A stretch of DNA of 64,000 bases from Candidatus Poribacteria bacterium (GTDB taxonomy: Bacteria; Poribacteria; WGA-4E; PCPOR2b): contig OZ220744.1 in assembly GCA_965116925.1 (NCBI GenBank), positions 1,024,001-1,088,000 on the forward strand, in the 5' to 3' direction. Each line of letters begins with the position of its first letter. Position 1 is the first letter of the stretch. The position numbers were made by a program, and so were the translations under genes. The notes beneath the pieces were generated by a model. That model saw nothing but the letters and a program-made list of their open reading frames with translations. It did not search any database and was not told the DNA's origin. Shown piece by piece: positions 9,946-18,582 of this stretch.

Positions 9946-11022
9946 TTAGATGGTTGGCATCGCAGGAACGACCTCGTTTGCTAGCAACTCTTGGGAACGC
10001 TTCCATGTGGCTCTGTCGTCCCAGTCATGTGTAATCATTAGCAGTGTGCCAAATCCACCGGACTGTTCCCACACCTCTTCAAGGCGACGGATACACTCCG
10101 CCACATCACCGATGATACAGATTTTCTTAAGCACATATTCTGGCGTTATGTCCTCATCGGGGAAGTCCGGATCATCTTTCAGAATATTGAGCATATTTGC
10201 TTTTGTAAGAACAGTGATCAGGTAGTCATAGGCACCTATGAAACTCCCATTGATTGCGTGCTCCCATGCTTCTTCAGTCGATTCACCAACAAAGATGCTG
10301 CGCGAGATGCGCCAGTCGGCGCGATTAGGTGCGGGCAGCCCAGCATCTTCAGCACCAGCGCAATAAGTCTCCCAATGATTTTCAAGGGTTATGCCCGGTA
10401 CAAGGTTCGTGCTTATCGGTATAAAGCCACGCTGTCCCGCTGTCCGTGCTGCCATCGAGTTTCCTCGGACAATGCTCATGGCGACCGGCGGATGGGGTTT
10501 CTGGTAAGGTTGGAGCAGTACCCCAATTCCACGTTCATGATCGAGGGTTTCAAGTTTTATGTTCCAGTAATCCCCGTTGAACTCGAAAGGTGGATCGGTT
10601 TGCCACAACTTGAGGATGGTGTCGATTGCTTCTATGGTCATCAACCCTTGGGTCTTTGGGTCAGGCAAGTCAAATAGTCCCCAATCGGTTGCTACTCCGC
10701 CTTGCCCAAAGCCGCAGTTGATACGGCCACGAGAGAGGTGATCAAGAAATGCAAGGCGGATTGCGGTATTGACCGGATGGTGCTGCGGGATAATCGATAC
10801 ACCGGTGCCGAGGCGGATGTTTTTTGTGCGTGGCAGCACATTGCCAATGAACACATCGTTGGACGGGATGGGTTCCCATGCGACCGTGTGGTGTTGACCA
10901 ATCCATGCTTCGGTAAATCCCAACTCATCAGCGAGGACAATTAAATCAATGTCCTCTTCAAAACACTCCGTCCGGTTTTTCTCCGGGGGATGCAATGGCA
11001 TCATAAACACGCCTAGGTTCAT
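9946..11022 (-). CDS. LLM-class (luciferase-like) flavin-dependent monooxygenase
   Basis: ADELGFTEAWIGQHH, IRLGTGV, LDHLSRGR, PYQKPHPP; start placed at MNLGVF. Confidence 0.9.
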   Translation of the reverse strand: MNLGVFMMPLHPPEKNRTECFEEDIDLIVLADELGFTEAWIGQHHTVAWEPIPSNDVFIGNVLPRTKNIRLGTGVSIIPQHHPVNTAIRLAFLDHLSRGRINCGFGQGGVATDWGLFDLPDPKTQGLMTIEAIDTILKLWQTDPPFEFNGDYWNIKLETLDHERGIGVLLQPYQKPHPPVAMSIVRGNSMAARTAGQRGFIPISTNLVPGITLENHWETYCAGAEDAGLPAPNRADWRISRSIFVGESTEEAWEHAINGSFIGAYDYLITVLTKANMLNILKDDPDFPDEDITPEYVLKKICIIGDVAECIRRLEEVWEQSGGFGTLLMITHDWDDRATWKRSQELLANEVVPAMPTI

Positions 11023-11069
11023 TTTAAGACCTCCCATGTTTCTATCTGTTGAGGCTTTGTGAATGCAAA

Positions 11070-12026
11070 TTACGGTTCCTCAATTGGATTCGATCCGGCC
11101 AACTCACGAAAGCGATTGAGCGTCTTCAAAATCCCTTGCTCCATTGTGTATTCGGGTGTAAATCCAACCTCCTGAGCGATTGGTTCCGCATCATAATCCC
11201 ATGAAATTCCAAACACGCCCGGCTCAAGCGTTATCTGTGCACTCGGCACTAATTTCTTTAAGTAAGCGACACCTTCCCTAACCGTCCGAATTCCACCCTT
11301 GACGTTGAAAACACGCGTCTTTGTAGCCGGACAGGTGCAGGACATCACAATAGATCTGGACACATCTTCGACGTATTGCCAATCTATCGCATCGTCGCCA
11401 AATGGAGAAACGTAGGGTTTTCCATGTGCAACAGCTTCAATCATTTGTGTTGAGAATGAGCTCATCCCCCGGGTCCGTCCGACACCGTACACCGCGGTAA
11501 ATCGTAATCCTATCGTGTCCACATCGTAGTTGTCAAAATAGTGGGCCGCGTATCTTTCGTTCATAGATTTGCACGCCCCGTAGATGAATTTTGGATAATG
11601 CGGGGCATCGTTTGCAATCTGCTCGTGATTATAATCTTCCGGTGATCCGAAGACTGCGACACTACTCGCCCAAACAACCCGCTTGAGTCCGAAAATTCGC
11701 GCTGCTTCAAACATGTTGATTGTGCCCTCACATACAATCTTCAACGCCTGGGGTGGGTTGGCATTGCACGCTGGCACCTGCCACGATGCTAGATGGATAA
11801 TCCTATCGATTTCGTGTTCTTGGACAGTTCGCAACACATGTGGGAGATCGGTGATATCCCCCTGAACGAAAGTAAACTGCTCAAGCTGTTCCTCTGTCAG
11901 CACCATTTTGGGAATCGTAAAATCTGGAATAAAATCGTACACAATAATCTTTTCGCCGGCGTTCAGAAGGTCACGAATGACATAGGATCCAATGCACCCC
12001 ATTCCACCTGTTATCAAATATGCCAT
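11070..12026 (-). CDS. NAD-dependent epimerase/dehydratase (extended SDR)
   Basis: ITGGMGCIGS, IIHLA, WASS.AVFG, YGACK (YxxxK). Confidence 0.9.
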   Translation of the reverse strand: MAYLITGGMGCIGSYVIRDLLNAGEKIIVYDFIPDFTIPKMVLTEEQLEQFTFVQGDITDLPHVLRTVQEHEIDRIIHLASWQVPACNANPPQALKIVCEGTINMFEAARIFGLKRVVWASSVAVFGSPEDYNHEQIANDAPHYPKFIYGACKSMNERYAAHYFDNYDVDTIGLRFTAVYGVGRTRGMSSFSTQMIEAVAHGKPYVSPFGDDAIDWQYVEDVSRSIVMSCTCPATKTRVFNVKGGIRTVREGVAYLKKLVPSAQITLEPGVFGISWDYDAEPIAQEVGFTPEYTMEQGILKTLNRFRELAGSNPIEEP

Positions 12027-12168
12027 AGACTTCAACTCCTCTTAGGTCATTTCCTTTCTGTAATTGTTGAGAAAATCAGTTAGGCACAGAGATATTCTGA
12101 TGCCTAGCGCGTAAACACCGCTAGGTTGCTTTATATCCCTGTTTTGCTCGCTTATTGATGGGACTGGG

Positions 12169-12340
12169 GTCAGTTACCCCGCCCTAAAGGACGGGGCTTG
12201 TTTATCCGTCCAATGGGTCTTACCGAGTTCCGCGCTTCTGTCCCCGGACGGGGCGGTTCGGGGTCGTTGACTACCGACACACCTCCACGCAAGGCTACAG
12301 CAGCCTTTTTAATGTTTATCGCAGCGTTATAATCTCTATC
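12169..12340 (-). ncRNA. Putative TnpB omegaRNA (reRNA) scaffold overlapping the tnpB 3' end; 5' boundary approximate
   Basis: Position at the element right end; GC-rich hairpins; low-complexity protein tail after NAAINI. Inferred from known TnpB loci. Confidence 0.6.
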
Positions 12341-13396
12341 CAATACCAACCCACAGTGTGGACAGGCATGGACACGATCTGATAACGATTTCGGTACAAC
12401 TGAATCACAACCTGAGCATTTCTGACTGGTATGCTTGGGATCAACTTGCGTCAACGTCAAGCCAGCGTTTGCAGCTTTGCTTTGAAGTCTTAATCGAAAG
12501 TTACCCCAGCCAGCATCAGATATGCTCTTAGATAGATGCTTATTCTTTACCATGTTCTTGATTTTCAGGTCTTCAACAGCGACTTCTTCGCATTGGGAGA
12601 ACAACCAATGAGCGGTCTTCCCCTGAAAATCACGACGTTGATTGCCGATATGTTCATGTATCTTGGCAACATGCTCCCGTTGTTTCTCATAGCGGACACT
12701 GCCTTTTTCACGACGGGACAATATCCGTTGCGCTTTACCAAGTCTCTTTTCTGACCGGCGGAAGTGTCGGGGGTTATCGACTTTATTACCATCTGAGGTG
12801 GTTAAAAACGACGCAAGCCCTACATCAATACCTATTGTCGTTTCAACGGGAATCTCAACAGGGTCTGCAATCTCAACGACTATGCACACATACCATCCAC
12901 TCGCTTTGCGCCGTACCGTCAACGTCTTAATTTTCCCATCGGGCAACGGCCGGTGGTAATGGATTTTAACATGACCGATTTTCGGCACAACGACTCGCGC
13001 TGTCCGCTTGCGAATATCGCGTATCAACCAGTTCGATAAGTGCTTAAACGTCATTGAACGATACCGACCGGCACCTTTGAAGCGTGGAAAGCCGGGTTTG
13101 TCTCCCTTCTTCCCACGGCGAAAAAACGCTTGGTAGGCTTTGTCTAATCGGTCAATCGTATCCTGCAAAACGTCAATATGAAGCGATGCGACTGGGGCAG
13201 ATTCTTGGCGAAACGGCGTTAAGGCTTTTTCTTGGGTTGATTTCTTAACCGACTGACCGGTCTGTTCGTAGGTCTCCTTACGCCATGCAAGAGCTTGATT
13301 ATACAAGTTGCGAAGGATTTCAAGCCATGCGACCAATTTATTGAATTGCTTGACTGTTGGATAGGCTCTGTATTCATAAGTCTTTTTCATAATCAA
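12170..13396 (-). CDS. tnpB: RNA-guided endonuclease TnpB
   Basis: N-terminal HTH (YEYRAYPT..Q), GFPRFK, RuvC-I GIDVG, RuvC-II VEDL, Zn finger CSGC..CPHC, RuvC-III DRDYNAAINI. Confidence 0.96.
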   Translation of the reverse strand: MIMKKTYEYRAYPTVKQFNKLVAWLEILRNLYNQALAWRKETYEQTGQSVKKSTQEKALTPFRQESAPVASLHIDVLQDTIDRLDKAYQAFFRRGKKGDKPGFPRFKGAGRYRSMTFKHLSNWLIRDIRKRTARVVVPKIGHVKIHYHRPLPDGKIKTLTVRRKASGWYVCIVVEIADPVEIPVETTIGIDVGLASFLTTSDGNKVDNPRHFRRSEKRLGKAQRILSRREKGSVRYEKQREHVAKIHEHIGNQRRDFQGKTAHWLFSQCEEVAVEDLKIKNMVKNKHLSKSISDAGWGNFRLRLQSKAANAGLTLTQVDPKHTSQKCSGCDSVVPKSLSDRVHACPHCGLVLDRDYNAAINIKKAAVALRGGVSVVNDPEPPRPGTEARNSVRPIGRINKPRPLGRGN

Positions 13397-13462
13397 TGCT
13401 TTGAATCTATCACAAAAGGAGACGTAGTTTCCTCTCCGCTCTAAAGGACGGGGCTTCCACTG

Positions 13463-13783
13463 CTAAGATTTTGGTGAATTGACATCGACAAGAATATCGT
13501 TGCCCTCAATTTTCACAGGATACGTTGGGAGTTTCTCCTGCTCTGGCCAGAGGCATTTTCCTGTCTGCACATCAAACTCCCACATGTGGAGTGGACAAGT
13601 GACGACGTTATCATCAAAGAATCCGTAGGTCAAAACGCCACCAAGATGCGGGCAGATGTTATTCATCGCGTAATAGTTGCCATCGATGTTGTATATACCG
13701 ATGAAAACGCCTTCGACTTTAACACCGAGGCAATCACCGGGCTGGACCTCCGTTGTTTCGGCAGCTTTTACAAACTGAGACAT
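13463..13783 (-). CDS. Rieske [2Fe-2S] ferredoxin
   Basis: CPHLG...CPLHMWEFD (CxH...CxxH). The last codons come from the IS left end. Confidence 0.92.
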   Translation of the reverse strand: MSQFVKAAETTEVQPGDCLGVKVEGVFIGIYNIDGNYYAMNNICPHLGGVLTYGFFDDNVVTCPLHMWEFDVQTGKCLWPEQEKLPTYPVKIEGNDILVDVNSPKS

Positions 13784-14154
13784 TCACATTCCTTTCTCAT
13801 CTGTTTTTTTAGAGTTTACGCTTCATGTTCAACACCTTCATTGTATCACGTCTCTCAATATTCCTCAACCTAATTCCTTATGCTGAATTTCGGAGGAAGC
13901 AACGAGAAAATCACATGACCACATTGGTCAATTTTATCGTGTATGGAGGGGACAGGTGGGCAAGGCGATGAGAGACAAGTCTCAAATCTTTTGGAAAATA
14001 ACCTGCTGTTTGAGGATATTCGTAAACTCCTCAAACAGCAGCCCTAGGAAAATTGTTGGTCAGCGAACGCAGAAATCAATGAAACGATTTGCTAGGAAGT
14101 TGAATGCCGAAATATCATGTCTTACGTTTCACGTTTTATGCATCACGTCCCTAT

Positions 14155-15297
14155 CTAAATGTATCCAGTTGACCCATCTGGACGAATCGGGCAGGTGCGT
14201 TGCCAGTGGACGTATTCGTTATCTCCGATGACATCTTCATTTATCTCTACACCAAGCCCTGGTCGATCTCGTAATTCCAGATACCCATCTTTGGGCAGAT
14301 AAGGTTCATCCACCCACTCATTCCATTCGGTTCCTGTTGGCAGAATATATTCGAGGATCTTGAAGTTGGGTGTTGCTGCAGCAAAATGTACGTTCACCGC
14401 GGTCGCCAACGGTCCCATCGGATTGTGGGGGGCAATGGAGACATAATGCGCTTCGGCAATAGCAGCTATTTTGCGCATTTCGAGCAATCCGCCGCAGACG
14501 CAGATGTCCGGCTGGATGATGTCTGCCCCTTGTGCAGCCATCAGGTTGAGGAACTCAAATCGCGCGTAGAGGGATTCACCGGTTGCCAATGGCACCTGCA
14601 TCTGAGAACGCAAGCGTGCCCACGCTGGGATATGCTCAGGCCTGAGCGGTTCTTCGTAGAAATAGGGGTCATAAGGTGCTAGCGCATTGGACAATTGTAG
14701 TGCACGAATCGGCTCAAAGATCTTAGCGTGCGGGTCGAATGCAAATTCCCAGTCTTCCGGTGTGTGGTTACGGATTCCCTCGAAATAGTCGGCAGCGGCA
14801 GCACAAACTCGTCCCCAACGATTTGCGTCCGGCTCGATCGGATAAGGACTGGTTTTGAAAGCTGTAAATCCCCACTCTTCGTTTAATCGGTGTGCCGTTT
14901 CGCCGACTTCTTGGCCATCGCGACCGCCGATGCCGTGATAAACGCGAATTCGGTCCCGAGCTGCCCCACCGAGAAGCATATAAACCGGAAGATTCGCTGC
15001 TTTACCGCTGATGTCCCACAAGGCGTGGTCAATTGCAGAGGTAACTGCGAGCCCCACCCCACCAGCAGGGAAGCGTAGCTGCTGATGGATCTTCATCATG
15101 ATATATTCAATACGACGTGGGTCCTCACCTTTAATCATCTCGAAGATGTAATCCGCAATCGGTTCGGCGGCGAGGTTCGGTCCTACAGAGTAGGATTCGC
15201 CCCAACCGTGGATACCTTCATCAGTCTCAACTTTGATCAATCCTCTTGAGCGTCCGCCGAAGCGGGCCATATAGGTTTTGATATTCGTAATCTTCAT
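14155..15297 (-). CDS. Mandelate racemase/muconate lactonizing enzyme family, galactonate dehydratase-like
   Basis: VETDEGIHGWGE, IDHALWDISGK, EEP, ATGE, QPD, APHNPMGP. Confidence 0.88.
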   Translation of the reverse strand: MKITNIKTYMARFGGRSRGLIKVETDEGIHGWGESYSVGPNLAAEPIADYIFEMIKGEDPRRIEYIMMKIHQQLRFPAGGVGLAVTSAIDHALWDISGKAANLPVYMLLGGAARDRIRVYHGIGGRDGQEVGETAHRLNEEWGFTAFKTSPYPIEPDANRWGRVCAAAADYFEGIRNHTPEDWEFAFDPHAKIFEPIRALQLSNALAPYDPYFYEEPLRPEHIPAWARLRSQMQVPLATGESLYARFEFLNLMAAQGADIIQPDICVCGGLLEMRKIAAIAEAHYVSIAPHNPMGPLATAVNVHFAAATPNFKILEYILPTGTEWNEWVDEPYLPKDGYLELRDRPGLGVEINEDVIGDNEYVHWQRTCPIRPDGSTGYI

Positions 15298-15415
15298 TAA
15301 TATTCCGCCCTTTCTTTGCCAGAAACATGTTACATTCAGTCGCTATCTAAAAGACCATCTTAGGTTTGTCCCCATTTTAATCCCCCCCGGATTTTTTGTC
15401 AATTACTTTTTCCTG

Positions 15416-15444
15416 TTGACGGTGCCTACTGTCTGTGATATATT
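15416..15444 (+). promoter_or_regulatory. sigma70-type promoter for glpK operon
   Basis: TTGACG-17 bp-TATATT with extended -10 TG. Confidence 0.55.
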
Positions 15445-15495
15445 GAAAACGCTCTGTAGATAACATAGATTGTTAGTACATTTGGTGAAAACAGA

Positions 15496-16983
15496 ATGGT
15501 ACATCCCCCGTATATTCTTTCGATCGATCAAGGTACAACCGGCTCAACAGTGCTACTCATTGATGCACATGGGGAGATTGTTGCACACGGTTACCGTGAA
15601 TTTACGCAGCACTATCCCCGTCCCGGCTGGGTTGAGCAAGATCCCATCGAGATCTGGCAGGTAACGCATCAAGTCATCGCGGATTTAATTAATGGGCATG
15701 GGGGCGCAGATGAGATTGCAGCAATTGGCGTAACAAATCAGCGGGAAACGACGGTGGTCTGGGAACGCAAGACCGGACGGCCGATTCATCCCGCAATCGT
15801 GTGGCAGTGCCGTCGCACCTCGGATATCTGTGCGGATCTGAAGGCACGCTCGCTGGAAGAGCGGGTACGGGCGAAAACAGGTTTGGTACTCGATCCATAC
15901 TTTTCGGCGACGAAGGTCGCATGGATCCTCGATCAGGTCGATGGTGCACGTGAGCAGGCTGAACGTGGTGAACTTGTTTTTGGAACTATTGACACATGGT
16001 TGCTGTGGTATCTAACAGGAGGTAAAGTTCACGTAACAGACTACACGAACGCGTCGCGGACGATGCTGTTTAATATCGACACGCTCGCGTGGGATGACGA
16101 ACTGTTGGAGGTACTGCGCGTGCCAAAGTCTGTTTTGCCAAACGTACAGACCTCCGGAAGCATTTTCGGGAGAACGAGGAATATTGTCTCGTTGCCGGAT
16201 GGCATCCCAATTGCCGGTATTGCCGGAGACCAACAATCAGCTCTGTTTGGACAGCTTTGTACACAAGCCGGCATGGCGAAGAACACCTACGGCACCGGAT
16301 GTTTCCTAATGCTTAATACAGGTGAGCAGCGGATCCACTCAAAATCCGGACTATTGACAACATTGGCTTGCGGTTTCGATGAAACACCGGTTTACGCGCT
16401 TGAAGGAAGCGTGTTTATCGCAGGGGCAGCGGTGCAATGGCTACGGGATGGGTTGAATCTTATCGACGCTGCCGCAGAGACGGAAGCGATTGCCGCTAGC
16501 GTTCCAGATTCGGGTGGTGTGTTTGTGGTTCCTGCCTTTACAGGTCTCGGTGCACCGCATTGGGACGCAGAAGCACAAGGTGCAATACTTGGCTTGACGC
16601 GGGGCTCAACACGTGCCCACATTGTCCGAGCAACACTGGAATCGATCGCACTTCAAACAGCGGATGTCGTCGCAGCTATGCACATTGATGCAGGAATTGA
16701 ACTGAATCGGCTGCGAGTTGACGGCGGTGCAGTTGCCAACAATTTCTTGATGCAATTTCAGGCGGATATACTGGGCATAGATGTGGAGCGTCCGACACGA
16801 ATCGAAACGACAGGACTTGGTGCGGGCTATCTAGCGGGGTTGACCGTCGGCGTGTGGAACGGGATTCACGACTTGGAATCTCATCGGAAAATTGATGCGG
16901 TTTTTTCACCACGAGTCGCCATCCATCAACGACAGGAAAAACTGGACGGTTGGAAGAATGCTATCCGAAAGGTCATGAGCTAA
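15496..16983 (+). CDS. glpK: Glycerol kinase
   Basis: SIDQGTTG, TNQRETT, VWQCRRT, DPYFSATK, TNASRTML, GDQQSALFG, KNTYGTGCF, VDGGA. Confidence 0.96.
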   Translation: MVHPPYILSIDQGTTGSTVLLIDAHGEIVAHGYREFTQHYPRPGWVEQDPIEIWQVTHQVIADLINGHGGADEIAAIGVTNQRETTVVWERKTGRPIHPAIVWQCRRTSDICADLKARSLEERVRAKTGLVLDPYFSATKVAWILDQVDGAREQAERGELVFGTIDTWLLWYLTGGKVHVTDYTNASRTMLFNIDTLAWDDELLEVLRVPKSVLPNVQTSGSIFGRTRNIVSLPDGIPIAGIAGDQQSALFGQLCTQAGMAKNTYGTGCFLMLNTGEQRIHSKSGLLTTLACGFDETPVYALEGSVFIAGAAVQWLRDGLNLIDAAAETEAIAASVPDSGGVFVVPAFTGLGAPHWDAEAQGAILGLTRGSTRAHIVRATLESIALQTADVVAAMHIDAGIELNRLRVDGGAVANNFLMQFQADILGIDVERPTRIETTGLGAGYLAGLTVGVWNGIHDLESHRKIDAVFSPRVAIHQRQEKLDGWKNAIRKVMS

Positions 16984-16984
16984 C

Positions 16985-18580
16985 ATGCGTTTACAGTGGA
17001 AGTACGCCCTCATTATCAATCTTTCTGTTCTGATCATTCTTGCTGCCTTCTACATGCTTCTCAATATTAAAGCTGTGGATGACCTTGGAGACCTTTACGA
17101 AAAGGGCATAACACGCGGCGCGATTTTCAAAGAAATTACAGAGAAAACCATTCGTCCGATCGTTGAAGAGAAGATGGCCTCCAAAGAAATTGCAGAGCAG
17201 ACAATTCCTCCGCTTGTCGAGGACAAGATTGAGGATAGGCAGACACTATACAGGGAAAAACTTGAACATGCCCTCCGACAATTAAAAAAGGACAAGCCTA
17301 ATGAGATGCGAGATGTTTTGGACATAAATGTGACCTTCGGCATTGATGCGAGAATCCAAGCCAGTTTAATTCCAAATAAGGAGGTAAACGACCATATAAA
17401 TTTAACTGAGGAAGGGGTGTTTGAAATAAGGAAGAAAGGCTTTGAACTCTACCGGACCCCTCAAATTAACGGCAGAGATGCGACAGCAGTTATCATACCC
17501 TATTCGGTTGAATTTGTCGGAGAAGAATTTGACACAGAGCCAATCGACGGATTTATTCAAGCGATTTTTACAGGACCCAATCTTGCCAACCATCTCTACC
17601 GTCTCCGTATCATGCTCCTGATTTCCATTCTCGTTGTGAGTGTGCTGCTGATCATCATTATTGATATGATGACGACTCGTTTGGTTCTGCGTCCCCTTCA
17701 AGGCATGATGGAAATTATCAGACGTGCAGAAGCGGGTGATTCCGAATCGCTGCCGCAGTCCTATGCCTCCGACGAGATTGGGCGTGTGACCTACAGTCTT
17801 GCACGGATGTTGAGGCAATTGACAGGGACCCACTCGAAGCGAATTGCTGCACTTCAGCAATTTGCTGCAGGTGTCGCTCACGAGATCCGTAACCCGCTGA
17901 ATACTATCGGTATGACAGCCCAACACCTGCGAGATCTCTTTGCACACGACAACATTAAACCCAAGGACATTGAAGAAGCTCGAGACCTGCTTAATATTGT
18001 CAACTTTGAAATCCAACAGTTGCAGCGGATTTCTGAACAGTTTGTGACCTTAAATCGTCCCAAAACGCTCGATCTGGAACCGACGGATCTCAATGTACTT
18101 ATTGACCAAGTCATTGCAGAATTTAAACTCATGAGCGAAAATGCCAAAGTCGAGATGATCACCAATTACACCCCCAATCCGCCACAACTGCAACTAGATC
18201 AAGGGTTGATTCGGCAGACGTTTTTTAACCTGATACAGAATAGCATTCAAGCTATGCCCAAGGGCGGAAGAATTTACATCACAACGCAGCCAACGCAAAC
18301 ACTCGCCGGCCGCGGAATCGACATTGAGATTCGTGATACGGGTGTTGGTATTCCCCGCGAGATTCAAGAGCGGATTTTTGATGCTTACTTCACGACAAAG
18401 GAGAGTGAAGGGGGAATGGGACTTGGGCTTGCGATCGCTCACCAAATTATTACAGCACACCAAGGAAGGATTGAGCTCAAAAGCCAAGTCGGAATGGGAA
18501 CCGCATTCCAGATCTACCTGCCTATTAAGAGTCCCATTAGCTCCTCAGCCAATAAACCCGTAAACCATAAGGAGGAATAG
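16985..18580 (+). CDS. Membrane sensor histidine kinase (HAMP-HisKA-HATPase)
   Basis: Two TM helices, HAMP (DEIG), AHEIRNPL, NLIQNS, DTGVGI, GMGLGL. Confidence 0.93.
   Translation: MRLQWKYALIINLSVLIILAAFYMLLNIKAVDDLGDLYEKGITRGAIFKEITEKTIRPIVEEKMASKEIAEQTIPPLVEDKIEDRQTLYREKLEHALRQLKKDKPNEMRDVLDINVTFGIDARIQASLIPNKEVNDHINLTEEGVFEIRKKGFELYRTPQINGRDATAVIIPYSVEFVGEEFDTEPIDGFIQAIFTGPNLANHLYRLRIMLLISILVVSVLLIIIIDMMTTRLVLRPLQGMMEIIRRAEAGDSESLPQSYASDEIGRVTYSLARMLRQLTGTHSKRIAALQQFAAGVAHEIRNPLNTIGMTAQHLRDLFAHDNIKPKDIEEARDLLNIVNFEIQQLQRISEQFVTLNRPKTLDLEPTDLNVLIDQVIAEFKLMSENAKVEMITNYTPNPPQLQLDQGLIRQTFFNLIQNSIQAMPKGGRIYITTQPTQTLAGRGIDIEIRDTGVGIPREIQERIFDAYFTTKESEGGMGLGLAIAHQIITAHQGRIELKSQVGMGTAFQIYLPIKSPISSSANKPVNHKEE
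17128..17235 (+). repeat. Diverged 54-bp tandem duplication inside the kinase sensor domain
   Basis: KEITEKTIRPIVEEKMAS / KEIAEQTIPPLVEDKIED; both DNA units start CAAAGAAATT(A/G)CAGAG. Confidence 0.75.
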
Positions 18581-18582
18581 GT

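Larger units (their letters stand above)
12169..13473 (-). mobile_element. IS200/IS605-family (IS1341-like, tnpB-only) insertion sequence, 1305 bp
   Basis: Related subterminal hairpins on the minus strand: LE GAAG-CCCCGTCCTTTAGAGCGGAG (13457-13434) and RE CAAG-CCCCGTCCTTTAGGGCGGGG (12200-12177). Ends at TGAC (12169) and is preceded by TCAC (13477-13474). No tnpA inside. Confidence 0.85.

Noticed and set aside
12170..13396. TnpB as Cas12f or as a catalytically dead TldR regulator
   Set aside because: No CRISPR array or cas genes; IS-type ends are present and all RuvC acidic residues are intact.
17402..18016. Long antisense and overlapping ORFs in the track (e.g. 17402-18016, 31298-31777, 44683-45129)
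   Set aside because: They shadow well-supported genes on the opposite strand and show no recognisable motifs.
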